Shown: positions 34,929-45,508 of the stretch, in pieces | Layout: each line of letters opens with the position of its first letter | Position numbering within the stretch: position 1 is the first letter of the stretch | Assembly (NCBI RefSeq): GCF_054482525.1 | Contig: NZ_CM137006.1 | Length of the DNA: 64,000 nucleotides | Strand: one strand, 5' to 3' | Translations under genes and position numbers: made by a program | Notes under the pieces: generated by a model | What the model was told of the DNA's origin: nothing | The model's database searches: none | The model's input: the letters and a program-made list of their open reading frames with translations, nothing else

Positions 34929-35402
34929 TCAAAGTAATTTAAAGAGGTCCACTGCAGGCTCTGTCGGGACGCCCTGAACGAAGCATTCCACCCCAGCGGC
35001 TTTCAGGTCGTTAAATGCTGCAATATCGCCCGCATCTACAGAAACCGTTTTGGCGATTTGTTGCTTGCCATTGGCGTAGTGCATATTGCCAACGTTAATG
35101 CGATTCACCGGAACGCCACCTTTCACCAGCGTCAGGAAATCGGCAGGTGTTTTACAAACCAGCAGGATTTTCTGTCGATCGGCGGCGCGATGAATGTTGT
35201 CGATGACTTTTTGCAGCGTCCAGAAACGTACGGCGATCCCTTCTGCCAGTACCATTTCCATCAGGTTTTGTTGTACCGGATCTTCGGCAACCTCATCGTT
35301 GGCTACCAGCACCAGATTTGCCCCCGCAAATCCGACCCACTGAACGCCGACCTGACCGTGAATCAAGCGTTCATCAATCCGGCTTAAAACAATATTTGGC
35401 AT
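34929..35402 (-). CDS. agaV: PTS N-acetylgalactosamine-specific EIIB component
   Basis: The ORF-track entry is 169 aa. The start MPNIVLSRIDERLIHGQVGVQW at 35402 gives 157 aa. Confidence 0.92.
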   Translation of the reverse strand: MPNIVLSRIDERLIHGQVGVQWVGFAGANLVLVANDEVAEDPVQQNLMEMVLAEGIAVRFWTLQKVIDNIHRAADRQKILLVCKTPADFLTLVKGGVPVNRINVGNMHYANGKQQIAKTVSVDAGDIAAFNDLKAAGVECFVQGVPTEPAVDLFKLL

Positions 35403-35424
35403 AGCGTGTTCCTCTTTGTTTTGC

Positions 35425-36705
35425 TTATTGGCCTTCACAGGCTGTGTGGTACTGCGCCAGGATGTCCTGAATATGGTTGATAATGAGTTCCCGTGGCGTT
35501 GGCTGCAGCTCGCCGGAGCGAACTTTCACGTATTGCAGCGGCAAATACTGGCTGATGAGCGGTAGCGGAATTGGTGAATCCGCCAGATTACGAACCAGAT
35601 GAGCGAAAGCGTCATCAATCTGGCTGTCCGGCCAGTAATAGCGCACGCGATCCGAGTAGCTATAACCACGTGCCAGACGACGCGCGTTGCCGTCACCGTG
35701 GTAGTGGCTTTGCCAGTATTCCGGGCGGTCGAGCATCACGTTTTCCAGTACCTGACGCAGACCGGAACAGGCTTTCGCTGGCACCAGTTCTTCTTCAATC
35801 GCCGCCAGAGAGAACAGAGCTTCACGCAGGGCGAAGGTCAGCGCCGGGCCAACTTTCAGAATGGCAAAGTGGTCAATCACCAGCTGGCGCAGCGATTGCG
35901 GCGTTTGATAATCGGTAGAGTGCGCTTCGAAAATCAGCGTTTCGTAGTTTTCGACCATCTGGCTTAAGGCGCTCGCTTTGGCGGGCTGATAATCAATAAC
36001 GTTGGTGTGATCGAATTCGACGCCGGGTTGTACCACCAGAGCAATGATGCGTGGCCAGATGGCACTCAGACCTTGCTTTTCAAAGGCGTGACGATGGGCT
36101 TCCAGCGTGGCGCGGGCGGCATCCGGCGTGGTGACCGCCAGCTCGCTTAAGGTTTCATGCGCGCCGCCAGGTACCGGCACTTCGGTACCAATGACATACT
36201 CCAAATCGGCTTCGCCAAAGTGTTCACGACAGGTTTCTTCCGCCACTTTCGCCAGACGTGCGGCGCGTTCAGCCACGATGTCATCAGTTAAGGGAACCGG
36301 ATCATCCTGACAGGACATGCTGCAATCAAGGTGAATTTTTTTGAATCCTGCCGCCACGTAGCTTTTAATCAAATCATCGGCATTGGCCATTGCCTGAGCG
36401 GCAGGCAGGTTTTGCCAGCGGTTTGGACCCAGATGGTCGCCACCCAGAATCAACGCATCCTGTGGGAAATTCAATGAGTCGGCGAGCTGACAAACAAAGC
36501 CGCGAAAATCGGCGGGCGTCATTCCGGTATAGCCGCCGAACTGGTCTACCTGATTGGAGGTTGCTTCAATCAGTAACGGCGTTTGGTTTGCACTGGCGTA
36601 GCGGATTGCAGCCTCCAGCACCAGCGGATGTGCGGAACAAACGGCATAAATTCCATTTGTTTTGCCCGCTTTGTGCTGTCTCACCATTTCTGTCAGATGT
36701 TTCAC
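35425..36705 (-). CDS. kbaZ: Tagatose-bisphosphate aldolase non-catalytic subunit KbaZ
   Basis: 426-aa [40 protein letters not shown].., GatZ/KbaZ family, and the first gene of the aga operon. Confidence 0.94.
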   Translation of the reverse strand: MKHLTEMVRQHKAGKTNGIYAVCSAHPLVLEAAIRYASANQTPLLIEATSNQVDQFGGYTGMTPADFRGFVCQLADSLNFPQDALILGGDHLGPNRWQNLPAAQAMANADDLIKSYVAAGFKKIHLDCSMSCQDDPVPLTDDIVAERAARLAKVAEETCREHFGEADLEYVIGTEVPVPGGAHETLSELAVTTPDAARATLEAHRHAFEKQGLSAIWPRIIALVVQPGVEFDHTNVIDYQPAKASALSQMVENYETLIFEAHSTDYQTPQSLRQLVIDHFAILKVGPALTFALREALFSLAAIEEELVPAKACSGLRQVLENVMLDRPEYWQSHYHGDGNARRLARGYSYSDRVRYYWPDSQIDDAFAHLVRNLADSPIPLPLISQYLPLQYVKVRSGELQPTPRELIINHIQDILAQYHTACEGQ

Positions 36706-36953
36706 TTTCCTCTCCAGTTCAGATTACTGCGATATTAATCTTTCGTTTTGTTTCAGTTGATACTGCGCCATGGTGAGATAAAAATAAAACGAAAGATAAT
36801 GGTTTTCTGATCTGATTCACAAAAGAAACATAATGAAAGCCACTGAAACGAGAGTAGCTTGCGCCAATGGGTAAGGTGGGCTTGCATTTGCTTAATAGAA
36901 AGGCGTTAATAGGCAAAACGAAATGAAACGAAAGTTTTACGAAAGGACTTACT
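36706..36953. promoter_or_regulatory. Divergent kbaZ/agaR promoter region with AgaR operator repeats
   Basis: Multiple CTTTC/GAAAG-containing repeats: tctttcgttttgtttcag, aaaacgaaagataatgg, agaaacataatgaaagcc, aaacgaaatgaaacgaaagttttacgaaagg. Confidence 0.7.
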
Positions 36954-37763
36954 ATGAGTAATACCGACGCTTCAGGTGAGAAGCGAATGACAGGCACCAG
37001 CGAGCGACGAGAACAGATCATTCAGCGTCTGCGACAGCAAGGGAGTGTGCAGGTTAACGATCTGTCGGCATTGTATGGCGTATCTACTGTGACGATCCGC
37101 AACGATCTGGCGTTTCTGGAAAAGCAGGGGATCGCTGTGCGTGCCTATGGCGGCGCGTTGATCTGCGATAGCACGACGCCGTCAGTCGAGCCATCAGTGG
37201 AAGATAAAAGCGCGCTGAATACCGCAATGAAACGCAGCGTTGCGAAAGCTGCCGTTGAGTTGATTCAGCCAGGTCATCGGGTGATCCTCGATTCCGGGAC
37301 CACCACTTTTGAGATTGCTCGTCTGATGCGCAAGCACACTGACGTAATTGCGATGACCAACGGTATGAACGTAGCTAATGCGTTGCTGGAAGCGGAAGGC
37401 GTTGAGCTGCTGATGACCGGCGGGCATTTGCGCCGTCAGTCGCAATCTTTTTACGGCGATCAGGCTGAACAATCGCTGCAAAATTACCACTTCGATATGC
37501 TGTTTCTTGGCGTAGATGCGATCGATCTGGAGCGCGGCGTCAGCACGCATAATGAAGATGAAGCCCGTTTAAACCGCCGGATGTGCGAAGTTGCGGAACG
37601 GATCATCGTGGTCACCGATTCCAGTAAGTTCAATCGTTCCAGTTTACATAAGATCATTGATACTCAACGTATCGACATGATCATTGTTGATGAAGGCATT
37701 CCTGCGGATAGTCTGGAAGGACTGCGAAAGGCTGGGGTTGAAGTGATTCTGGTCGGGGAGTGA
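36954..37763 (+). CDS. agaR: DeoR-family repressor of the aga regulon
   Basis: 269-aa ORF with an N-terminal wHTH ([40 protein letters not shown]) and a DeoR C-terminal sugar-phosphate sensor domain. Confidence 0.95.
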   Translation: MSNTDASGEKRMTGTSERREQIIQRLRQQGSVQVNDLSALYGVSTVTIRNDLAFLEKQGIAVRAYGGALICDSTTPSVEPSVEDKSALNTAMKRSVAKAAVELIQPGHRVILDSGTTTFEIARLMRKHTDVIAMTNGMNVANALLEAEGVELLMTGGHLRRQSQSFYGDQAEQSLQNYHFDMLFLGVDAIDLERGVSTHNEDEARLNRRMCEVAERIIVVTDSSKFNRSSLHKIIDTQRIDMIIVDEGIPADSLEGLRKAGVEVILVGE

Positions 37764-37817
37764 GAAAGGGTGCCCGCTGGTCAACACGAATGCGTTCGGC
37801 GGGCATTGTGAACACCA

Positions 37818-38282
37818 TCAATGGGTTTCTTCTGTCTCTCGGGTGAGGGTTTCCCAGTCGGCAGGAGGATGTCCTCTTTTTAACATTTTGCTGAATACGG
37901 TATAGGCATCTGTTTTTTTACCGTAGGTGCGCAGAGTGTTTTCATCGTTCATCCATCCCAGAATGATGACTTTCTCTTTTTCACTATAACGAAAGAAGAG
38001 ACGATAACGACCAGCACCAAATTTTACCCGTGACCAGTCTTTATTTTTCCCAGAGCCTAACGACTTGCCATGACGGAATGCCGGTGATGATGGATTGACC
38101 GTGATATGCTCCTCAATCACTTTATGGACTACCGCCAATAACTTTGTGGCGGCTTTTCTCTGATAATTTTCAGGATCTTTTCCCTTTAATGTCTCGACTT
38201 CGGCAACTAAAGCGTCGTAGGTTTCCTGAAAACAGGGATGAGCATATAGCGCCCAACCATTAACCCTTTGTGGAAAATCCAT
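37818..38282 (-). CDS. yhaV: Type II toxin YhaV (ribosome-dependent mRNA interferase, RelE/ParE superfamily)
   Basis: 154-aa ORF MDFPQRVNGWALYAHPCFQETYDALVAEVETLKGKDPENYQ.., recognised as YhaV. Its start overlaps the prlF stop by 1 nt. Confidence 0.93.
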   Translation of the reverse strand: MDFPQRVNGWALYAHPCFQETYDALVAEVETLKGKDPENYQRKAATKLLAVVHKVIEEHITVNPSSPAFRHGKSLGSGKNKDWSRVKFGAGRYRLFFRYSEKEKVIILGWMNDENTLRTYGKKTDAYTVFSKMLKRGHPPADWETLTRETEETH

Positions 38283-38617
38283 TATTCGTCGTCGCCAATC
38301 TCATCATCAATGTTGACGTCCATGCCAGCGACAAGTTTCTTTCCTTGTTGAATGTTGAATGGACGAGTTTTTTGCGGGTTGTTCTGGATATCTGCATCCA
38401 GAAAACGCAAAAATGCATTCATAGTATGATCCTCCTGTTCATCTCCCAGTCGGCACATAAATACTTGCCCACCAGGCAGAATTTCGTAATGAATGCTGTC
38501 CTGGCCTGGCTTCAGTTTTAAGGCCTCACGCACTGGCGCGGGGATAGTTGTTTGTCCGCGTATCGTGACCTTTGATTCAGTGGTCAGTACAGCGTGAGAG
38601 CGAGCATTAGCGGGCAT
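38282..38617 (-). CDS. prlF: Type II antitoxin PrlF (SohA), AbrB/SpoVT fold
   Basis: 111-aa ORF ..ESKVTIRGQTTIPAPVREALKLKPG.. (a swapped-hairpin DNA-binding motif) with an acidic tail DDEIGDDE. Confidence 0.93.
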   Translation of the reverse strand: MPANARSHAVLTTESKVTIRGQTTIPAPVREALKLKPGQDSIHYEILPGGQVFMCRLGDEQEDHTMNAFLRFLDADIQNNPQKTRPFNIQQGKKLVAGMDVNIDDEIGDDE

Positions 38618-38673
38618 GATTCACTGTCCTTTTACAGCCTGTTTTCTGCTCAAATTATAAGCTTGAACTAAGG

Positions 38674-38689
38674 TAATGCAAATGCATTA
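38674..38689. promoter_or_regulatory. Perfect inverted repeat upstream of prlF (candidate PrlF-YhaV operator)
   Basis: TAATGCA-AA-TGCATTA lies 57-72 nt upstream of the prlF ATG on the transcribed side. Confidence 0.5.
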
Positions 38690-38765
38690 TTAATGGACGT
38701 GGGGGCTTTAAACAATAAAAACATGGCACTAAGGCCATGTTTTGCGAGGGACGTTCCAAAAGAAA

Positions 38766-40337
38766 TCAGGTCACCGGTGCCGGGTTAAACACCGCCAGCT
38801 GGTTATGCAGTCCCCATTGATCTGAGAAGGTTTTCTTCTTCCCGCTGGCGACGTCGAGAATAAAGTGGAACAACTTCCAGCCCACCTCTTCAATAGTTTC
38901 TTCGCCGGTAGCGATGGTGCCCGCATTAATATCCATTAAATCAAACCAGCGGTTCGCCAGCTCGGTGCGGGTCGCCATTTTAATGACGGGTACCGCCATC
39001 AGGCCGTATGGCGTACCACGACCGGTCGTAAACACTTGCACGGTGATACCCGAAGCCACCTGTTGCGTGCCACAGACAAAATCGCTGGCTGGCGTCGCGG
39101 CGTAAATTAATCCGCGTTTAGTCGGGCGTTGACCGGGCGACAGCACTTCAACAATTGCACTTTTACCCGATTTAGCAATGGAGCCGAGCGCTTTCTCCAC
39201 CACGTTTGCCAGACCGCCTTTCTTGTTGCCCGGCGAAGGGTTGGCGCTGCGGTCGGTTTTTCCCATATTGAGATAGTTATCGTACCACTCCATCTCCTCC
39301 AGCAGCCGTTTGCCGACCTCTTCGTTCACTGCGCGTGGTGTCAGCAGATGGATCGCGTCACGCACTTCCGTGACTTCTGAAAACATCACCGTTGCGCCGC
39401 AGCGCACCAGTAGATCAGACGCATAGCCAACCGCCGGGTTTGCCGTTACGCCAGAAAACGCATCGCTACCGCCGCACTGCATGCCGACAACCAGTTCTGA
39501 AGCCGGACAGGTTTCTCGCTGCCGTTGATTCAGTTTGTGCAAATGGCGTTCGGCGACCTGCAAAATATCCTAGACCATGGACTGAAAACCGACATGCTTT
39601 TCATCCTGCAAACTGACAATGCTGGCGCTTTCTACTGGAATAGCTTGCACATCATCCGTTCCAGTCAGCAGGCGCTCAGGCTGCAACTTTTCACAACCCA
39701 GACCAATCACCATTACTTCGCCGCCAAAGTTAGGGTTCAGCGAAATATTGTGGATGGTACGAATAGGCACAACTGCCGCCGGTGCGTTAATCGCCACGCC
39801 ACAACCGTACAAATGATTCAGCCCCACCACGCCATCGACGTTCGGGTATTTCGGTAGCAGATCGCGTTCAATGATTTTTACTACATAGTCCACCACGCCT
39901 GCCACACAGTGGACGCTGGTGGTGATGCCGAGCAGGTTTTTGGTGCCCACGCTGCCATCGGCATTGCGATAGCCCTCAAAGGTGTAACCTTCAAGCGGCG
40001 GTAAGGGTTCCGGGACTTTGGTTGCAAGTGGCAGCGTGTGTAACGGCGGCGCTTCCGGTAGTACAACCATTGATTCGTCGATCCAGCTTCCGCGTGGGAT
40101 TGCGCGCACGGCGTAACCAATCACTTCGCCATAACGAATAATTTCACCATTAGCCGGAATGTCCAGCAATGCGACTTTATGCCCCTGGGGAATATGTTCA
40201 ATTAATTCCAGCCCATCCGGAAAACGCGTTCCTGCTTTCAGGCCATTATCATTAACAATAATTGCCACATTATCTGTGTCGTGAACTTTTATATAAAACG
40301 CAGTTGGCGTTTCTTGTCTGATTTCGATGTTGGCCAT
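38766..40337 (-). pseudogene. garD: Galactarate dehydratase garD interrupted by a single in-frame amber codon
   Basis: ORF-track pieces 39570..40337 (255 aa) and 38766..39563 (265 aa) are in the same frame. The minus-strand reading is ...[24 protein letters not shown]..., with the TAG at 39572-39570. The total of 523 codons plus stop equals full-length GarD (SAF domain plus UxaA-type dehydratase). Confidence 0.88.
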
Positions 40338-40711
40338 TGTGCAATATTCTCCAGCCAGGGGTTATTAAAATGAGGACCTGGTCTCATTTAAAAATAAATG
40401 ACTTCATTGGGTGAAATAAGAATGTCAGGAGTTTAAAGGCAGAAATGTGATCAATGTCAATCATTTCAGGGATTGCAGTGCCGCGCGGTAAGGTAAAGCG
40501 CAAATCTGTGCTTTAGCGCGCAACCTTATGTGCATATGCTCAAAATAATATTTAAATAGTACTGATTAAATTAGCATTTGCACAATGATTATTATTCTCC
40601 CGCTGCTTATACTAATTCCCGAGTTCATTGTCGTAACGGCATAAATAAAACTCATAAATAACACCTTCCCCATAATAATAAAAATCAGCATAAGTACCCG
40701 AGGTAAATAAA

Positions 40712-42046
40712 ATGATTCTGGACACCGTTGACGTAAAAAAGAAAGGCGTGCATACCCGCTATTTAATATTACTGATTATTTTTATTGTTACCGCCGTTAA
40801 CTACGCCGATCGTGCAACGCTGTCTATTGCTGGTACCGAAGTGGCAAAAGAGTTGCAGTTAAGTGCGGTTTCGATGGGTTACATCTTCTCTGCTTTTGGC
40901 TGGGCCTACTTGCTGATGCAAATCCCCGGCGGCTGGCTGCTTGATAAGTTTGGTTCGAAAAAAGTTTACACCTACAGCCTCTTTTTCTGGTCGCTATTCA
41001 CCTTCCTGCAAGGCTTTGTTGATATGTTCCCGCTGGCCTGGGCAGGGATCTCCATGTTCTTTATGCGCTTTATGCTGGGGTTCTCGGAAGCGCCATCATT
41101 CCCGGCGAACGCCCGTATTGTCGCCGCCTGGTTCCCAACGAAAGAACGTGGTACTGCCTCCGCCATCTTTAACTCGGCGCAATATTTCTCGCTGGCGCTC
41201 TTTTCGCCGCTGCTTGGCTGGCTGACTTTCGCCTGGGGCTGGGAGCACGTCTTTACCGTTATGGGGGTAATTGGTTTTGTGCTGACGGCGCTGTGGATCA
41301 AGTTGATTCATAACCCGACAGATCACCCACGTATGTCTGCGGAAGAGCTGAAGTTTATCTCAGAAAATGGCGCGGTGGTCGATATGGACCACAAAAAGCC
41401 GGGCAGTGTGGCAGCAAGCGGTCCCAAACTGCATTACATCAAGCAATTGCTCTCTAACCGCATGATGCTGGGCGTATTTTTCGGACAATATTTTATCAAC
41501 ACCATCACCTGGTTCTTCCTCACCTGGTTCCCAATTTATCTGGTGCAGGAAAAAGGCATGTCGATTCTGAAAGTGGGTCTGGTCGCCTCGATTCCGGCAC
41601 TGTGTGGCTTTGCGGGCGGCGTGCTGGGAGGTGTCTTCTCGGATTATCTGATCAAACGCGGTTTGTCCCTGACCCTGGCACGTAAGCTACCGATTGTGCT
41701 GGGAATGTTGCTGGCTTCCACCATCATCTTATGTAACTACACCAACAACACCACGCTGGTGGTCATGCTGATGGCGCTGGCTTTCTTTGGCAAAGGATTT
41801 GGTGCGCTGGGCTGGCCAGTGATTTCTGACACCGCGCCGAAAGAGATTGTTGGTCTCTGCGGCGGCGTCTTTAACGTCTTTGGCAATGTTGCCTCCATTG
41901 TCACTCCACTGGTGATTGGCTATCTGGTAAGTGAACTGCACTCCTTCAATGCAGCACTGGTTTTCGTGGGATGTTCAGCGCTGATGGCGATGGTCTGCTA
42001 CCTCTTCGTAGTTGGCGACATTAAACGTATGGAATTGCAGAAATAA
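40712..42046 (+). CDS. garP: Galactarate/glucarate/glycerate MFS transporter
   Basis: 444-aa MFS ORF (..NYADRATLSIAG..), divergent from garD. Confidence 0.94.
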   Translation: MILDTVDVKKKGVHTRYLILLIIFIVTAVNYADRATLSIAGTEVAKELQLSAVSMGYIFSAFGWAYLLMQIPGGWLLDKFGSKKVYTYSLFFWSLFTFLQGFVDMFPLAWAGISMFFMRFMLGFSEAPSFPANARIVAAWFPTKERGTASAIFNSAQYFSLALFSPLLGWLTFAWGWEHVFTVMGVIGFVLTALWIKLIHNPTDHPRMSAEELKFISENGAVVDMDHKKPGSVAASGPKLHYIKQLLSNRMMLGVFFGQYFINTITWFFLTWFPIYLVQEKGMSILKVGLVASIPALCGFAGGVLGGVFSDYLIKRGLSLTLARKLPIVLGMLLASTIILCNYTNNTTLVVMLMALAFFGKGFGALGWPVISDTAPKEIVGLCGGVFNVFGNVASIVTPLVIGYLVSELHSFNAALVFVGCSALMAMVCYLFVVGDIKRMELQK

Positions 42047-42061
42047 GCAAAGGTATAAGCG

Positions 42062-42832
42062 ATGAATAACGATGTTTTCCCGAATAAATTCAAAGCCGCA
42101 CTGGCTGCGAAACAGGTACAAATTGGTTGCTGGTCAGCACTCTCTAACCCGATTAGCACTGAAGTTCTTGGTTTGGCTGGGTTTGACTGGCTGGTGCTGG
42201 ATGGCGAACATGCGCCAAACGATATCTCCACGTTTATTCCGCAGTTAATGGCCCTGAAAGGCAGCGCCAGCGCGCCAGTAGTGCGAGTGCCGACCAACGA
42301 GCCGGTAATTATTAAGCGTCTTCTGGATATCGGTTTCTATAACTTCCTGATTCCTTTTGTAGAAACAAAAGAGGAAGCAGAGCAGGCGGTGGCATCAACC
42401 CGTTACCCACCGGAAGGCATTCGCGGCGTCTCCGTTTCTCACCGCGCCAATATGTTTGGCACCGTGGCGGATTATTTCGCTCAGTCGAACAAGAACATCA
42501 CCATTCTGGTCCAGATAGAAAGTCAGCAGGGCGTAGATAACGTCGATGCCATTGCCGCTACCGAAGGTGTAGACGGTATCTTCGTCGGCCCCAGCGATCT
42601 GGCTGCGGCATTAGGCCATCTCGGCAATGCCTCGCACCCGGATGTACAAAAAGCAATTCAGCATATTTTTAACCGTGCCAGTGCGCACGGCAAACCCAGC
42701 GGTATCCTCGCACCGGTCGAAGCCGATGCGCGTCGTTATCTGGAATGGGGTGCGACGTTTGTGGCTGTCGGTAGCGATCTCGGCGTCTTCCGCTCTGCCA
42801 CTCAGAAACTGGCTGATACCTTTAAAAAATAA
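42062..42832 (+). CDS. garL: 5-keto-4-deoxy-D-glucarate (2-dehydro-3-deoxygalactarate) aldolase
   Basis: 256-aa ORF of the HpcH/HpaI aldolase family ([24 protein letters not shown]..). Confidence 0.95.
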
Positions 42833-42867
42833 CCACCACCGCAACAAGAGAGATGATTGATATGACT

Positions 42868-43752
42868 ATGAAAGTTGGTTTTATTGGCCTGGGGATTATG
42901 GGTAAACCAATGAGTAAAAACCTTCTGAAAGCAGGTTACTCGCTGGTGGTTGCTGACCGTAACCCAGAAGCTATTGCTGACGTGATTGCTGCAGGTGCAG
43001 AAACAGCCTCTACGGCTAAAGCGATCGCTGAACAGTGCGACGTCATCATAACCATGCTGCCAAACTCCCCTCATGTGAAAGAGGTGGCGCTGGGTGAGAA
43101 TGGCATTATTGAAGGCGCGAAGCCAGGTACGGTATTGATCGATATGAGTTCTATCGCACCGCTGGCAAGCCGTGAAATCAGCGAAGCGCTGAAAGCGAAA
43201 GGCATTGATATGCTGGATGCTCCGGTGAGCGGCGGTGAACCGAAAGCTATCGACGGTACGCTGTCAGTGATGGTGGGTGGCGACAAGGCTATTTTCGACA
43301 AATACTATGATTTGATGAAAGCGATGGCGGGTTCCGTGGTGCATACCGGGGAAATTGGTGCAGGTAACGTTACCAAACTGGCGAATCAGGTCATTGTGGC
43401 GCTGAATATTGCCGCGATGTCAGAAGCGTTAACGCTGGCAACCAAAGCGGGCGTTAACCCGGATCTGGTGTATCAGGCAATTCGCGGTGGACTGGCGGGC
43501 AGTACCGTGCTGGATGCCAAAGCGCCGATGGTGATGGACCGCAACTTCAAGCCAGGCTTCCGTATTGATCTGCATATTAAGGATCTGGCGAATGCACTGG
43601 ATACTTCCCACGGCGTCGGCGCGCAACTGCCGCTCACAGCTGCGGTTATGGAGATGATGCAGGCACTGCGAGCAGATGGTTTAGGAACGGCGGATCATAG
43701 CGCTCTGGCGTGCTACTACGAAAAACTGGCGAAAGTCGAAGTTACTCGTTAA
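42868..43752 (+). CDS. garR: Tartronate semialdehyde (2-hydroxy-3-oxopropionate) reductase
   Basis: The ORF-track entry opens at 42853. MKVGFIGLGIMGKPMSKNL is the NAD-binding fingerprint. The start is either 42868 (294 aa) or 42862 (296 aa), and the SD spacing slightly favours 42862. Confidence 0.92.
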   Translation: MKVGFIGLGIMGKPMSKNLLKAGYSLVVADRNPEAIADVIAAGAETASTAKAIAEQCDVIITMLPNSPHVKEVALGENGIIEGAKPGTVLIDMSSIAPLASREISEALKAKGIDMLDAPVSGGEPKAIDGTLSVMVGGDKAIFDKYYDLMKAMAGSVVHTGEIGAGNVTKLANQVIVALNIAAMSEALTLATKAGVNPDLVYQAIRGGLAGSTVLDAKAPMVMDRNFKPGFRIDLHIKDLANALDTSHGVGAQLPLTAAVMEMMQALRADGLGTADHSALACYYEKLAKVEVTR

Positions 43753-43848
43753 TGACGTCGTGCCCGGATGGCGTATTGCAATCCGGGCCTGGAATCCAGG
43801 CCGAATAAGAGAAACGCCCTCCGGCGTCATGTGGTAACAGGCATAGGT

Positions 43849-44994
43849 ATGAAAATCGTAATCGCCCCAGACTCTTATAAAGAAAGTTTATCTGCCAGCG
43901 AGGTTGCGCAGGCGATAGAAAAAGGATTTCGGGAAATTTTTCCTGATGCACAGTACGTTTCTGTTCCGGTTGCCGATGGTGGCGAAGGAACGGTGGAAGC
44001 GATGATTGCAGCTACCCAGGGTTCTGAACGTCACGCCTGGGTTACAGGGCCGCTGGGCGAGAAAGTGAATGCCAGTTGGGGGATCTCCGGCGATGGCAAA
44101 ACCGCGTTTATTGAAATGGCGGCGGCCAGTGGACTGGAACTGGTACCTGCGGAAAAACGTGATCCACTCGTGACCACTTCACGCGGCACAGGCGAGTTAA
44201 TCCTACAGGCGCTGGAGAGCGGCGCGACAAACATTATTATCGGCATTGGCGGCAGCGCCACAAATGATGGCGGCGCAGGCATGGTACAGGCGCTGGGGGC
44301 GAAATTATGCGACGCCAACGGCAATGAAATTGGTTTTGGCGGTGGTAGCCTTAATACTCTGAATGATATTGATATTTCCGGCCTCGATCCGCGCTTAAAA
44401 GATTGCGCCATTCGTGTCGCTTGTGATGTCACCAATCCGCTGGTGGGCGATAACGGCGCATCGCGCATCTTTGGCCCACAAAAGGGAGCCAGTGAAGCGA
44501 TGATTGTCGAGCTGGACAATAACCTCTCTCACTATGCCGATGTCATTAAAAAAGCGCTGCATGTTGATGTGAAAGATGTCCCCGGCGCAGGAGCTGCGGG
44601 CGGTATGGGCGCGGCGCTGATGGCGTTTCTTGGTGCGGAACTGAAAAGTGGTATTGAAATCGTCACGACGGCGCTGAATCTGGAGGAACATATTCACGAT
44701 TGTACGCTGGTGATCACCGGTGAAGGGCGTATTGACAGCCAGAGTATTCACGGCAAGGTTCCGATTGGCGTTGCAAACATGGCAAAAAAGTACCATAAAC
44801 CGGTGATTGGCATTGCGGGTAGCCTGACCAATGATGTTGGCGTTGTACATCAGCATGGCATTGATGCGGTCTTCAGCGTATTGACCAGCATTGGTACGTT
44901 GGACGAAGCATTCCGCGGGGCTTATGACAATATTTACCGTGCTTCACGTAATATCGCCGCGACACTGGCGATTGGAATGCGCAACGCGGGGTGA
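43849..44994 (+). CDS. garK: Glycerate 2-kinase
   Basis: The ORF-track entry opens at 43768, but its extension crosses a structured spacer. The start MKIVIAPDSYKESLSASEVAQAIEKGF at 43849 gives 381 aa. Confidence 0.93.
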   Translation: MKIVIAPDSYKESLSASEVAQAIEKGFREIFPDAQYVSVPVADGGEGTVEAMIAATQGSERHAWVTGPLGEKVNASWGISGDGKTAFIEMAAASGLELVPAEKRDPLVTTSRGTGELILQALESGATNIIIGIGGSATNDGGAGMVQALGAKLCDANGNEIGFGGGSLNTLNDIDISGLDPRLKDCAIRVACDVTNPLVGDNGASRIFGPQKGASEAMIVELDNNLSHYADVIKKALHVDVKDVPGAGAAGGMGAALMAFLGAELKSGIEIVTTALNLEEHIHDCTLVITGEGRIDSQSIHGKVPIGVANMAKKYHKPVIGIAGSLTNDVGVVHQHGIDAVFSVLTSIGTLDEAFRGAYDNIYRASRNIAATLAIGMRNAG

Positions 44995-45026
44995 CAAGGG
45001 CGCGCAAACCCTCTATACTGCGCGCC

Positions 45027-45403
<377 letters not shown>

Positions 45404-45412
45404 GATTTACGT

Positions 45413-45441
45413 AAAAACCCGCTTCGGCGGGTTTTTGCTTT
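45413..45441 (+). terminator. rnpB Rho-independent terminator
   Basis: aaaacccgcttcggcgggtttttgctttt. Confidence 0.85.
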
Positions 45442-45508
45442 TGGAGGGGCGGAAAGATGAATAAATATCAACGGTATTAATAATAGATTTTGTAAGAAGT
45501 TATTAAGT

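Noticed and set aside
36719-37021. 100-aa minus-strand ORF across the kbaZ-agaR divergent promoter.
   Set aside because: It overlaps the operator repeats and the agaR start. Its translation is low-complexity and Phe/Ser/Leu-rich.
38766-40337. Two adjacent ORFs (265 aa and 255 aa), considered as two separate genes such as a split dehydratase.
   Set aside because: They share one frame and are separated by a single TAG with no intervening start or SD. Together they give exactly the 523-codon GarD, so they are called as one gene with a nonsense codon.
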